Virus record (IMG/VR): IMGVR_UViG_3300032282_003852
Length of the DNA: 64,000 bases
DNA from: an uncultured virus (IMG/VR IMGVR_UViG_3300032282_003852)
Taxonomy: Duplodnaviria > Heunggongvirae > Uroviricota > Caudoviricetes
Reading direction: 5' to 3' (one strand)
A program made the translations under genes and the position numbers. Position 1 is the first letter of the stretch; the number at the start of each line of letters is the position of its first letter. The notes beneath the pieces were generated by a model. The model searched no databases, had not been told where the DNA came from, and saw only the letters and a list, made by a program, of their open reading frames with translations. Below are positions 54,586 to 64,000 of the stretch, one piece after another.

Positions 54586-57444
54586 TTACCCGAAAGTAAA
54601 CACGGCCTCTTCTGCGGCGGAAAGGTCGGCAGCAAAAAATGCGTAGCCTACCTTAAAATGATTGGCATCTACTGACCCTGACTCCTTGTCCATTAGGCAA
54701 GTTTGAGGAAACTTATAGATGCTGGAGTCCCAGATTGGTGGGTCAACGGGATCCAGAGTCTCAGACACGATGTCATTCACCACGTGCCCTGTGACAAATG
54801 AGCAATCCGCCGCTCGGAAATACTCCCCCTTCCAGTCTCCGTACCCTCTCCCCATTGGCGCAGAAGTGTCAGCTCTACGCTCATGTAGGGCGTCATACTC
54901 TACAATATCTGCTTCTGAGAAGGTATCGTAAGGTAGGTCAAATGACGGAAGGAGAGCAGCATTCTCATAGTCCTCTACATTTACAAAGTATGGTAAAGCT
55001 GTAGAGTAGAGGTAAGGCTCTGAGTATATGATGTTGGAAGGGGGTAGCCCTTGCCTGAATAGAAAGACCTCCTCGTAAATCTCTGGTTTTGATTCCTGAG
55101 ATGGGCATGACATGTCTTCTGGATAGCTAGGGGATCCCCAGTAGCCAAAGTCTTGGCAAATCAGGTTTACCTTCTGCCAATTTACCCCATTTCTTTGGAA
55201 TGACGGGGCTAGTCTAATGAAGTACCTCTCCCAGCTTAGACTTAGGGGACCTGAGTTTGCATCAGCAACCAAGGCGTTAGGGTAGTTGAGCCTTGTGTAG
55301 GCAGAGTTGTCATCTGTGCAGTACATGGGGTAGTCCTTCATCACCCTGAGCAAGGTCTCACTGTCACTCACGTTGGGGGACATGTAATACTGAAGGCCAC
55401 TAAATACTAACTCAGAAATGTCTCGGAAAAATGAAGTTGTTAAGGAGTCAGATATAGTAATTAGGGGGTAACTAACCATTCCGCTATAGTTTCTTGGAAC
55501 GTAACTAAACTCAAATTTCCCTGTGGTAGGGTGTATCGTATAAGAAAACTGGAAGTCATTAGTTAGATGGTTTACCCCGTCTGTTAGCAAGGTACCGTCG
55601 CAATAGACCAGAATGGTGCCAAACTCAATGACGGATGGAGGCGGCCCAGTTACATTCCCGCCATTGACGTTGACCCAGTCCCCCTTCAGCTCCCACTCAA
55701 ACGTTATAGTGTTGTACTCCCACCTATTGTAGTAGAAAATGGAGGCCGTTCGTGTGGGCACGTTAGGGTTGCTATAATCCCAAACCATTTCTCCTTCCAC
55801 AGGGTTATCATAATCCAGAGAACTTTGAAATAGCCGTGTGTCCCCTATGTACTTAAGCTCAGACGGGGGGGAGAGATACCAACTTCCGTCATTTTCATAC
55901 TTCATTAACAGGGTGTTATAGTTACCTGATACAGTGATGCTCAGGTTTCTAACTGTGTAACTCCCTTCCGATGGGCTTAAACCGTTTGAGTCGATAATGG
56001 ATGTCTTTACGTTGGGGGGCAGAGCCTGGCTATCGGAAGCAAAATCTCCAACATTGTTGTAAATGAACTGTAGCGGAAACCACCCTGTAGCCCACCTCGG
56101 CCTGAACATTATAACCTGACCAGGAGATGTTAAAGGGGTGGTAATCCCCAATACATCGTCCAAAGCATCTAAACCAGAACAGTCTGTAATCTGAACAATG
56201 TCCCCAACTGAGAAGTCATCTGTGTAGTCTCTAAACCCCGAAACATTGGGAAAGATATAATCTGGGAACAGACTTTGTTCCTCATTTGACGAGTAATCTA
56301 CCTCCACCCAGGGCCCACAGTTGAAGGAGTCGTCCACATGTAGAGAGAACTTGCCTGTTTGAGAGTTCCACCACACTTGAGACTTACGGGTTATGGGGGG
56401 TGGCAAACTATTCACCTGCGTCTGTTGTTGGTACACAGAGTTCAGGAGAATGTCAAAGTCTATGTCCCTTGTTACGGGCTGCAAATACAGAGACTTTCTC
56501 TCGTCAAACCCATGTAAGGACAAAGAGTCAAAGGTGAAGTGAAAAGGTAGGAATCCCCCCTTATTCCCCCAAACCCCGGTAAACTGCTCTATTTTATTTT
56601 TGGTTACCCAGTCAGATGGGTCGGACCATGTAGCAATGGACACGACGAGGGAAGAACCCTCATAGTCTAGCTTAGCTGAAAGTTCTGTGTTCTTTTTGGA
56701 AGACTCGCAGGGAACATCAATGTACCACGTTTCGGAAACAAAGTCGTAGGTAGGGGCAATAAATATGACCTTGTTAAGGTCATCATATATGATGAGTTTT
56801 ACAGGTAGATTGAAGTAGTAACGTGAACCTGCGTACAGGGTATTGAAGACGTACGGAAGAGTTTTGCCAGTGTCGTATAGGGGGTACAAGGTTATCTTCT
56901 CACCCTCGATGCCACACAAGAAGCTCCTATCTGCTGAAACTCCTGCATCCTTTCTTACGAAGGGTGAGGGGATGACCGAAGGGGCTATTACCCTAAGCTG
57001 CAAACCAGTCGATATATCAGATAGGAATTGGGTCGGAATAGAATCAAAAGTTATTACTAAAGTGTCACCATCCTTTGTTACTGAAGAGGGCGTGTACTCG
57101 TATATCCCTACGTGGAAGACTTGCCCCTCGGAAATGTTCGAGTCATATTTTATGATAACCTCGTTACTCCAGTTCCTAATCTCTAGTATTTCCGGGTAAA
57201 TGAACCCGCTATACACACCAAAAGACCCCGTTAAAAGCTGTCTCTTTTGATCTATGGAGGCGTTAAAAGAGTCCCAATAGTTATCCCCCCTCCACCCCAA
57301 AAGCTGGCCTATCCAGTTCATTTGGGCGGGAATCCTTATGTTGGCATCTATAATCTTACCTACCTGTGTAGAGTTAAAGAAACCTTCGGTATCTCCCCTA
57401 AGCTCGTAGTTATTGACGTTAAAGTCTGGGGAATAAATAGCCAT
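54586..57444 (-). CDS. baseplate/tail structural protein
   Basis: large ORF in the baseplate cluster; NWIGQLLGW resembles P2 gpI-type motifs. Confidence 0.6.
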   Translation of the reverse strand: MAIYSPDFNVNNYELRGDTEGFFNSTQVGKIIDANIRIPAQMNWIGQLLGWRGDNYWDSFNASIDQKRQLLTGSFGVYSGFIYPEILEIRNWSNEVIIKYDSNISEGQVFHVGIYEYTPSSVTKDGDTLVITFDSIPTQFLSDISTGLQLRVIAPSVIPSPFVRKDAGVSADRSFLCGIEGEKITLYPLYDTGKTLPYVFNTLYAGSRYYFNLPVKLIIYDDLNKVIFIAPTYDFVSETWYIDVPCESSKKNTELSAKLDYEGSSLVVSIATWSDPSDWVTKNKIEQFTGVWGNKGGFLPFHFTFDSLSLHGFDERKSLYLQPVTRDIDFDILLNSVYQQQTQVNSLPPPITRKSQVWWNSQTGKFSLHVDDSFNCGPWVEVDYSSNEEQSLFPDYIFPNVSGFRDYTDDFSVGDIVQITDCSGLDALDDVLGITTPLTSPGQVIMFRPRWATGWFPLQFIYNNVGDFASDSQALPPNVKTSIIDSNGLSPSEGSYTVRNLSITVSGNYNTLLMKYENDGSWYLSPPSELKYIGDTRLFQSSLDYDNPVEGEMVWDYSNPNVPTRTASIFYYNRWEYNTITFEWELKGDWVNVNGGNVTGPPPSVIEFGTILVYCDGTLLTDGVNHLTNDFQFSYTIHPTTGKFEFSYVPRNYSGMVSYPLITISDSLTTSFFRDISELVFSGLQYYMSPNVSDSETLLRVMKDYPMYCTDDNSAYTRLNYPNALVADANSGPLSLSWERYFIRLAPSFQRNGVNWQKVNLICQDFGYWGSPSYPEDMSCPSQESKPEIYEEVFLFRQGLPPSNIIYSEPYLYSTALPYFVNVEDYENAALLPSFDLPYDTFSEADIVEYDALHERRADTSAPMGRGYGDWKGEYFRAADCSFVTGHVVNDIVSETLDPVDPPIWDSSIYKFPQTCLMDKESGSVDANHFKVGYAFFAADLSAAEEAVFTFG

Positions 57445-57476
57445 TTACTAACAAATTCTTAAATGAACTTTACCCG

Positions 57477-58778
57477 TCAATACTCCTGGTAAGCCGGGTC
57501 GGGGCATTTATCAAAGTTTAGTATCACGTCGCTCTCAGCCAAACCGACATACTCACCGACCATTGCAGTTTGGGGATTCATCCACGTCTGCGGGTAATTA
57601 GAAACTTGACCATACAGGTAGATTAAGTTGTTATCCCAAGTCCTGGTCAACCAGTCGGCTATGGGCTCGTAGCTAGTATTTACTATTTCCCTTATGTCTT
57701 GAATGCCCTCTACTATAAAGGCAGAGTTAACGTCCACATAAGCTAACTTACATAAGACAAGTGGAACCTCTTCCCCCAGACTGTTGGTGAACTTTGTAGG
57801 AATGGCATTGACCGGGTAAGCCACTAAGTCAAAGTTGGTATAGGCCGTTGCTGGTTTTTTCATCTGGGTCACGGTGCCAGTGACAAATACATTGCTTATG
57901 GATACCCTAGGGTCAGACCACTCTACTTTCCAACCCTTGCAAACAGGGGGCTCATCTAAAGTGAATTTATAGTATTGACCGCCGGAATCTTCCAAAACAG
58001 AGACTGTCTCCTCAAACGTCCATTCAGGGGTCTGACAAAAAGCCTCACCTTCATCGGGACAAGTCATGTAGGATAGGGTGGCTGTTCCCGTTAGGGTTGT
58101 GTTTGAGGGGCACCTGAGGAGGATTTCTGAGAATGCGCACGGTAACGGCAGTTGCCAGCTAAGGGTGGCATCTTGACTGTAAGACGGGAATAACCCGTCA
58201 TAGTTACTCCAATACCTATCACTCTGACCTAAAAAGGCATATTGCGGAGTGTATCTCCACCCTAATACGTTGTCAGTATTGCTACGAATGTCCATTGTAA
58301 ACCCGCTCAAAGGCATCCCGGTAACGGAATACTGGGCCTGTATCGGGGAGTCGTCGTAATAAAGTTGATAGGCAAGAAGGTATTTAGCACTGCCCATACC
58401 CAGAAGTTCTAGGTCTATGACTACAGGTATCGTGGGCAGCGTGCCGTATTCCCAAACAATATTACCACCTTGTATGACCAGATACTTGTTATCTCCAGAC
58501 GTTTGCACATACATGGACCCAGACCCTGTTCGTGCCCCTCCGTAAGGAATGTAAGTGTAGGCTAGGTTGTTATCATAAGAAAAGTTTACTTTGTACCTTT
58601 CTGAGGCTGATGGCAACCTGTCATAAACCGGCCTTCCACCCACTCTCCACTCTGTCGGAATGGGTTCCAGCCTTTTGACCTCAGCGTACTGCCTAGATAG
58701 GAACTTCCCAAACTTAGGGGCAGAGTTGGTTACAATAGTCTCCCTGCCACCGTTTATTGAACTCTGATTTTGACTCAT
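57477..58778 (-). CDS. baseplate/tail structural protein
   Basis: coupled to the baseplate J-like gene; PVYDRLP motif. Confidence 0.6.
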   Translation of the reverse strand: MSQNQSSINGGRETIVTNSAPKFGKFLSRQYAEVKRLEPIPTEWRVGGRPVYDRLPSASERYKVNFSYDNNLAYTYIPYGGARTGSGSMYVQTSGDNKYLVIQGGNIVWEYGTLPTIPVVIDLELLGMGSAKYLLAYQLYYDDSPIQAQYSVTGMPLSGFTMDIRSNTDNVLGWRYTPQYAFLGQSDRYWSNYDGLFPSYSQDATLSWQLPLPCAFSEILLRCPSNTTLTGTATLSYMTCPDEGEAFCQTPEWTFEETVSVLEDSGGQYYKFTLDEPPVCKGWKVEWSDPRVSISNVFVTGTVTQMKKPATAYTNFDLVAYPVNAIPTKFTNSLGEEVPLVLCKLAYVDVNSAFIVEGIQDIREIVNTSYEPIADWLTRTWDNNLIYLYGQVSNYPQTWMNPQTAMVGEYVGLAESDVILNFDKCPDPAYQEY

Positions 58779-61700
58779 AGTGCTAATGTCCCCTCTCTAT
58801 AGTTGGGTGGAGAAAACTGGAAGGAGGTCCCCGTGTACCAGGATAGCTCAGGGGATTCCACCAGGGACTGGGTATTTTCCCAAACGTAAACGATTCTCTG
58901 GTTTTTGTTATTTCCCATCATCGTGTCCTTGGGAATGATGGTTATTTGGGCCACACCGAGTTTGATGGAGGAGGTTTCATCTCCGAACTGAGGGAGAACA
59001 GGCTCCTCGCAGACGTACTTAGTAACAAACCTCAGCAAGTTTCCGGTGAACTCTTCATAACGACAGGAGTTAGTCTTTTGAGACCCAGACCAACTGGTTA
59101 CAGTGGTCGGAGGGGTGAAGGCCCTCATTACCCTGTAATAGTTTCTTCCGTCAATGTCTATTAAGGTGTCTTCTGCGAAATCTGAGTATAGTGGATTATA
59201 GTATGGAATTGATCCCTCGTAAGACTGGCTTCCAACCTCTGAGAACGATGTTTCTACGAATATTTTGTTGTTGTAGTATACCTCGAAGTTGAACAAGGGG
59301 GTTACAGATGAGGTGGCGGTGTATGACTGTATTTTGCTCCCATTACGGAAAAAAGTCTTGTCCCCCTTAAAGAAAGTGAACATTCTGACAGGAGTTGTCA
59401 GAGGGTTTTGGTTATCTGCAAGAATGCTGGAGACTGAGAGGACTAGACCCACGCCAGCTCCACCAAGGAAGGCATTACTTATGGTTAGAGAATCAGAGAC
59501 TCTGTAGTCTTTCCCTCGATCGTTAACCGACACGTAGGAGACGACCCCTCCAGACACAATAACATTAGCTGTAGCCAATGTTCCGTAACCACCCACCAGA
59601 GGCACGTCATAGTAAGTCCCGTTAGTATAACCTGAACCTCCAAAAACAATAGAAAGCTTTTCTATCTGCCCAGAGTAACCGCTCTTTACCTCAGAAGTGA
59701 ACTGTGCAAATAAGTCGGGAGTGGGTGCCAAGTTGATAACTAGTCCCTCGTCAAGGAGATCCTGTACTTGATTGGAGTCGGGGGTGAAGGGTAGGGCCGC
59801 CATGTAATAGCTGGGATCGCTAGAGGATGATTCCCTATACTCCAGGTACTGACCACAATCAAATCTAGGTTTATACTTGCAGATGGGCAAACCCCCATTC
59901 CCGTCAAAAACAATAACTTCATTGATTATTCCTTCCCCAACCAGCGAATCAAAGTAATTGCTTATAGTTTCAAGATTGGGGCTATACGTAAATGACGATA
60001 CCACGTAGGCATACTTGACAACAGCACCTTTTAGAATGTCAACATAGTAGTAGTTGGGGTCTATTGCGGGGTTAGGTCCGCTACCTACCTGGGGTGTGTA
60101 AACCCAGGTTCCAGCCGTATAGTTATTCCCTGGAGTTAGCTCATAAGTGGTGATTGGGGCACCTAGCTTGAACGAAGCCTGGGCACCGGTTATGTCATTA
60201 GACGCAGGCTGAAGGGTGAAGTTTTGAGAGACTAGCCAAACTAAGGCACCTGGTCGATTGTTAAGGGGTACTGAGGTTGGTGTGGCGGGTACAAACTCAT
60301 TACTAGTGTAATCATACTCTATGATTTCTGGGTCTATGATACCATTCAATGAGTATTGATAGTAGTTTCCCACTGACCATGGGCTGTATGTTTTTACACT
60401 AGATAGCTTACCAGCCTGTATAGCCAAGATTATGTCCGATGGGTTCAGCAATGAGATATTCTCTAAAACTACGTGAAGACCTTGCTGAGCATTGTCTAAA
60501 GACCCGTCGTAGTAAACCACGTCCCCCAGCTCAAAGTACCCTGTTGTAGCATACTTGATTTGCTTAAGAACTATGTTTCCGTAGATGGTTTGGTCGTACT
60601 TATCCGTTGAGTAGGGGGTGAAGTCCGACAGAACTGGGTAGAAAGAGGGGTTCGGGGAGTCCACTTTAACAAGATCATTTACAGATAGCAGGTTATCAGC
60701 GGGGGAGAACTCATAAACGTTAGTGTAGGTTGCGTACTCTTTGGCCAGGGAGTTGGGAGTGTTGTAGGCGGAAGAACTTACAATGTGAGGGTCAATGAAC
60801 CTTGTGTTTGCGGAGAAACCTGAGTAAAACGCTGCGTCTATATCACTAACAGTAGGGTTTATTGTGGCCGGAAAGACTGAGTTGGGTTGAAGGACAGAGA
60901 ACAGTAAGTTTCTAAAATTTAAGGAACTTTGCTTAAAGTTTGATCCAAAACTCCCGTTTGGGTTTACTTCAACGGTAAGGTCATACTGTACCTGACTCAA
61001 GGTTATGGGGAACAGGTGTCCTTGGTTCTCGATAGGTACCGAGAAGTTAACGGCGTTTTGACCTACCTTGAGCTGCTCTTCGGTCAGCTCTAGTCCATTT
61101 GCCCCTAGAACAAAAAATGAAACCTGGCCATTAGGCAAGGAGTAGTCAGTCTCATAGCTATAAGCGGCTTTGCTAGAGCGGTTAGGTTGGACAGAAGTTA
61201 TCGTCCCTACTCCGTAAAGATCAATAAAGAAGTCCTGCCAGTCTGTCTCACTAACAGGATTCTTCCTCCTTATCAAAGTGAAAAATCTTTCTTGAACTTG
61301 TTGGAAAGATTCTACATCGCTTCCCCCAACAGCAGGCTTAGGGTTTACAACTGATAAGGTTACATTGCTGGTGTTTGCGGCATTCGTAATGGATTTAGAG
61401 GGAGCATTATAGAGAGACCCCACGTACTTAGAAAAAACTGAAACCTTCCCTTCAGATTCCCCTGCGGGTATTACAAGATCTGTGTAGGAAATGAACTCGA
61501 AACTCTGGCCCCCAGTCTTCTGCGAGTCTGTGAAAAAAGAGGAGCCAGCAGGAACCACTACCGCTGTATCCCTGGGAACTGTTGTTACAGTTAGTTGAGC
61601 CGTGGCAGGAGTTCCCAACCTCCTCATGGCTCCCAGGAAGGGGCCGATCCACTCGATAAGGATTTTGTCCGGTAGTTGGTTTGCCCAGTATAGAAACTCC

Positions 61701-61870
61701 CCTTGGGCAAAAGCTTGCCCCTCAAGTAAAGCCGCTAGAGGGTTTCCAGCACTGAAGTCATTAAGGGCTTTGTTGGACGCCTCATAGACAACTTGAGCCG
61801 ATCTCTGAACCAGATCAGCTTCGTTTCTAGGGTCGATGGAGACCGAAGGAAGGGGTGAATACCTGGGCAT
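58775..61870 (-). CDS. baseplate wedge protein (baseplate J/gp6-like) with large insertions
   Basis: LP..SIDPRNEADLV..NDFSAGNPLAALLE..G..RRLG.PA..VPAG..GGSDVES. Confidence 0.8.
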   Translation of the reverse strand: MPRYSPLPSVSIDPRNEADLVQRSAQVVYEASNKALNDFSAGNPLAALLEGQAFAQGEFLYWANQLPDKILIEWIGPFLGAMRRLGTPATAQLTVTTVPRDTAVVVPAGSSFFTDSQKTGGQSFEFISYTDLVIPAGESEGKVSVFSKYVGSLYNAPSKSITNAANTSNVTLSVVNPKPAVGGSDVESFQQVQERFFTLIRRKNPVSETDWQDFFIDLYGVGTITSVQPNRSSKAAYSYETDYSLPNGQVSFFVLGANGLELTEEQLKVGQNAVNFSVPIENQGHLFPITLSQVQYDLTVEVNPNGSFGSNFKQSSLNFRNLLFSVLQPNSVFPATINPTVSDIDAAFYSGFSANTRFIDPHIVSSSAYNTPNSLAKEYATYTNVYEFSPADNLLSVNDLVKVDSPNPSFYPVLSDFTPYSTDKYDQTIYGNIVLKQIKYATTGYFELGDVVYYDGSLDNAQQGLHVVLENISLLNPSDIILAIQAGKLSSVKTYSPWSVGNYYQYSLNGIIDPEIIEYDYTSNEFVPATPTSVPLNNRPGALVWLVSQNFTLQPASNDITGAQASFKLGAPITTYELTPGNNYTAGTWVYTPQVGSGPNPAIDPNYYYVDILKGAVVKYAYVVSSFTYSPNLETISNYFDSLVGEGIINEVIVFDGNGGLPICKYKPRFDCGQYLEYRESSSSDPSYYMAALPFTPDSNQVQDLLDEGLVINLAPTPDLFAQFTSEVKSGYSGQIEKLSIVFGGSGYTNGTYYDVPLVGGYGTLATANVIVSGGVVSYVSVNDRGKDYRVSDSLTISNAFLGGAGVGLVLSVSSILADNQNPLTTPVRMFTFFKGDKTFFRNGSKIQSYTATSSVTPLFNFEVYYNNKIFVETSFSEVGSQSYEGSIPYYNPLYSDFAEDTLIDIDGRNYYRVMRAFTPPTTVTSWSGSQKTNSCRYEEFTGNLLRFVTKYVCEEPVLPQFGDETSSIKLGVAQITIIPKDTMMGNNKNQRIVYVWENTQSLVESPELSWYTGTSFQFSPPNYREGTLAL

Positions 61871-61881
61871 GGTGTGTTATC

Positions 61882-62361
61882 TCAGTATGTTCCGTTATCA
61901 ATGACTAGGGTATCAAATTGGTCTACCAGTACCCCCTTAGTAATGACGTCGTTGTCTGTTAAGGCTTGGTACTTATCTGCAACAGATGGAGGATAGACCC
62001 CATTCGCATACTCATATTTTGCGTTTGTTAGGTAGCTTAAGGGGGCATTGATACCGTTACCATCATCTATGGATGGGTTTTGGTCTGGATCGAAACCAAA
62101 TGTTACCTTACCTGTAAATACTTTATTACCCGAGATTGGGTACCCGGTGATGTAAATACCTGCGGAGGATAATCCGGGCTGATCAGTCCCTAAAGTCACG
62201 TACCGGGAGTCTAAACCATTCGGCCCCTTCAGAATCAAGGATTCTAACCCCAGGGGGTTATAGTGCCAATCCAAGTCTTGACCGTCAAACCTAATCTCCT
62301 TAGCACCATTCAACCATGCACTTGTTACGATGACTCCGGTGCTGAACGTCGTCTTTGCCAT
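61882..62361 (-). CDS. structural hypothetical protein
   Basis: KTTF..G.IVT.AWLN N-terminus; GGGTAAAA upstream. Confidence 0.6.
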   Translation of the reverse strand: MAKTTFSTGVIVTSAWLNGAKEIRFDGQDLDWHYNPLGLESLILKGPNGLDSRYVTLGTDQPGLSSAGIYITGYPISGNKVFTGKVTFGFDPDQNPSIDDGNGINAPLSYLTNAKYEYANGVYPPSVADKYQALTDNDVITKGVLVDQFDTLVIDNGTY

Positions 62362-62390
62362 ACTCTAGCGAATCTCATTATGCTGTTTAC

Positions 62391-62398
62391 TTTTACCC
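62391..62398 (-). promoter_or_regulatory. GGGTAAAA putative phage late promoter motif (representative copy)
   Basis: the motif recurs about 20 times, mostly 24-30 nt upstream of start codons (see findings). Confidence 0.65.
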
Positions 62399-62421
62399 CC
62401 ACCATCATCTAAGTCGGTAAT

Positions 62422-62446
62422 AAAAAAGCCCCGCCGAAGCGGGGCT
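62422..62446 (-). terminator. intrinsic terminator after capsid-tube genes
   Basis: AGCCCCGC-ttcg-GCGGGGCT followed by a T-tract. Confidence 0.85.
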
Positions 62447-62468
62447 GGTTATTAGGGTTGTATGGAAA

Positions 62469-62912
62469 TCAGGTTCTGTCCCAAGAGTTGACTGTAAACT
62501 CTACCTCAATTTCCTGGACGTCGCCGCTTTCACGATCGACTTCAGCAGTGTTAATTGAGACGAACCTACAACCGTAACAAGTGTATAGACCACCTGCCGG
62601 AGCAGAGCCGTTACCGATACAGTCCTTAGGAGTGATAGTAATGGTGATCTCTTCACAGTTATAACTGAGCCAGAATTTCTCAAGCTGCTTGTAGATCGTG
62701 GGATCGTACGGGGCAGTGAGAGTGACGTTATCCGCCTTTCTGGGACCTACCAAGTGGTAGAGCCTGTTACCTGTACCATTGGCGTATTCGCTGCTATCTG
62801 AGGAATCCTTGATTCCGCTAAATTTTGTGAACGTTGCTATCAGTGTTGGACCGCCTGGGGCTACAAAGGACACTTCGTATTGTGACTTTGTAATCGGACT
62901 GAGGATAGCCAT
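62469..62912 (-). CDS. tail tube protein (gp19-like)
   Basis: FTKFSGI..EYANG..GPRKADNVTLT..Y.CYGC..EIEVEFTV; 147 aa; strong GGAGGT SD. Confidence 0.75.
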   Translation of the reverse strand: MAILSPITKSQYEVSFVAPGGPTLIATFTKFSGIKDSSDSSEYANGTGNRLYHLVGPRKADNVTLTAPYDPTIYKQLEKFWLSYNCEEITITITPKDCIGNGSAPAGGLYTCYGCRFVSINTAEVDRESGDVQEIEVEFTVNSWDRT

Positions 62913-62945
62913 GTGAGCACCTCCTTATTGGTAATTCCTTCCTTA

Positions 62946-63106
62946 TCAGGAAAGAATGTCGGTGATCATTGAGCCAGAACCGATAAGACCGGTTGCACCA
63001 AGACCAACCAGGTTAACTACACGCTCGACGGTGATCTCAGCACGAACCACACGGCGCTCACGCACATAATACTCAGGACGCACGGAAGGAGTTCCAGTGA
63101 GTTGAT
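62946..63106 (-). CDS. 3' exon of the probable major capsid protein
   Basis: (T)AT-CAA.. reads YQLTGTPSVRPEYYVRERRVVRAEITVERVVNLVGLGATGLIGSGSMITDILS*; no own start; begins right after the intron terminal G; resembles capsid C-termini. Confidence 0.65.
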
Positions 63107-64000
63107 CAAATGTGTTATCGTAAAAGTTCTTTATCTTTTACATCTTCCTATTTCTAGGAAGTTCAGACTATATCTTCTTCCCTAAATTCTTTTATAAACC
63201 TCTGAAGAGTTTTACACCTGTACTTGTTCTTTTTAGTTCCTAGACCCAAGAGTTGGCCTAGTGCTATGTCCCCTGGTTTGCCGTTATCAATCCAGATAGC
63301 CCTTATGTCATCCTTTATGGATTCCAAGTCTTTTCTGGAGTTTGGGTGGTTGGCCCCTCTGAGCAGTTTTTCGGATGATAATCTCGATTGAGAAATCCTC
63401 CTCTTTCTGTCCTCTGATAAAGGGACTCCCTTTAAGGCTTGAGCAATCTTCTGGTTATGGGACTTGGATCTAACATAGTTGGATCTTAGGTAATCATAAT
63501 CCCGGCTCTTACCTGAACTGCTCATTCTAAAGATGGCGTAGTATAAACCTTCATGTTCTGGGAACATTTTGTTTAGAAGCCGGTGCAGAATGTAGTGCTG
63601 TCTAAGGGTTGGGTAGCACAAGTTGTCCTTACTGGTTGGGTGTCCACCCATACACTTAGGGACAATGTGGTGTTCTTCAGTTTTATAGGTTCTTGGTTTG
63701 TTTGAAGGTATTACGGAGATTAGATCCCAGTAAACCCTTTCGTATTTGTTTCTATAAAAGCATTTAAGGAGTGGGGCACTCGTGGACGAGTTATTGTTGT
63801 CGATACTCATCGTCTAGTCGTTGAACCTTTTTACTACTACCCCTCTATTATAGGAGGGAAGTTCGACGTAGTAAACTTGGCTGCTGATTACCTTGTGTTT
63901 CGTTTTGCGAAACCGTCAGGCTTCCCAGCAATTCACCCCATTGACCTGCTGATCAGGCAGGTAATTTGACGTTACCGTCAAACCACGCATCTAACTCGTT
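63107..64000 (-). ncRNA. group I self-splicing intron (5' end just beyond the window)
   Basis: P AAUUGCUGGGAA (63922-63933), Q AAUCAGCAGCCAAG (63876-63889), R GUUCAACGACUA (63815-63826), S AAGAUAUAGUC (63166-63176), terminal G at 63107. Confidence 0.9.
63163..63810 (-). CDS. intron-encoded HNH homing endonuclease with NUMOD3-like motif
   Basis: EEHHIVPKCMGG..DNL..LRQHYILHRLL; KGVPLSEDRKRRISQS; lies between intron R and S. Confidence 0.85.
   Translation of the reverse strand: MSIDNNNSSTSAPLLKCFYRNKYERVYWDLISVIPSNKPRTYKTEEHHIVPKCMGGHPTSKDNLCYPTLRQHYILHRLLNKMFPEHEGLYYAIFRMSSSGKSRDYDYLRSNYVRSKSHNQKIAQALKGVPLSEDRKRRISQSRLSSEKLLRGANHPNSRKDLESIKDDIRAIWIDNGKPGDIALGQLLGLGTKKNKYRCKTLQRFIKEFREEDIV

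Noticed and set aside
1..64000. Alternative genetic code (stop-codon recoding)
   Set aside because: Conserved genes are full length in the standard code, coding density is high, and TAA, TGA and TAG all end genes

Overview
This is a 64 kb segment of a large contractile-tailed dsDNA phage, most likely a cyanophage: it carries a cyanobacterial-type AbrB regulator, PhoH and cyanophage-style fibre proteins. Most genes lie on the minus strand. Read from the right end, the window holds the last exon of the probable major capsid gene, interrupted by a group I intron with an HNH/NUMOD3 homing endonuclease. Next come the tail tube, baseplate, hub, neck and large terminase genes, then a GC-richer, mostly plus-strand island of early genes with sigma70 promoter and stem-loop leader cassettes, then phoH. 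A roughly 15 kb block follows with six intact paralogous protein-kinase-like genes. These share an N-terminal Cys4 tag with two non-kinase proteins and are interleaved with two unannotated 53-54 aa paralogues that each have their own near-consensus sigma70 promoter. The left 27 kb encodes giant fibre proteins and four modular LRR (BspA/DUF285-like) adhesins. A GGGTAA(A/G) motif precedes about 20 genes and is probably a phage late promoter. The best candidate for a new system is the tagged, probably virion-associated, kinase arsenal with small putative inhibitor or immunity proteins. All family calls come from motifs read by eye; no database searches were run.
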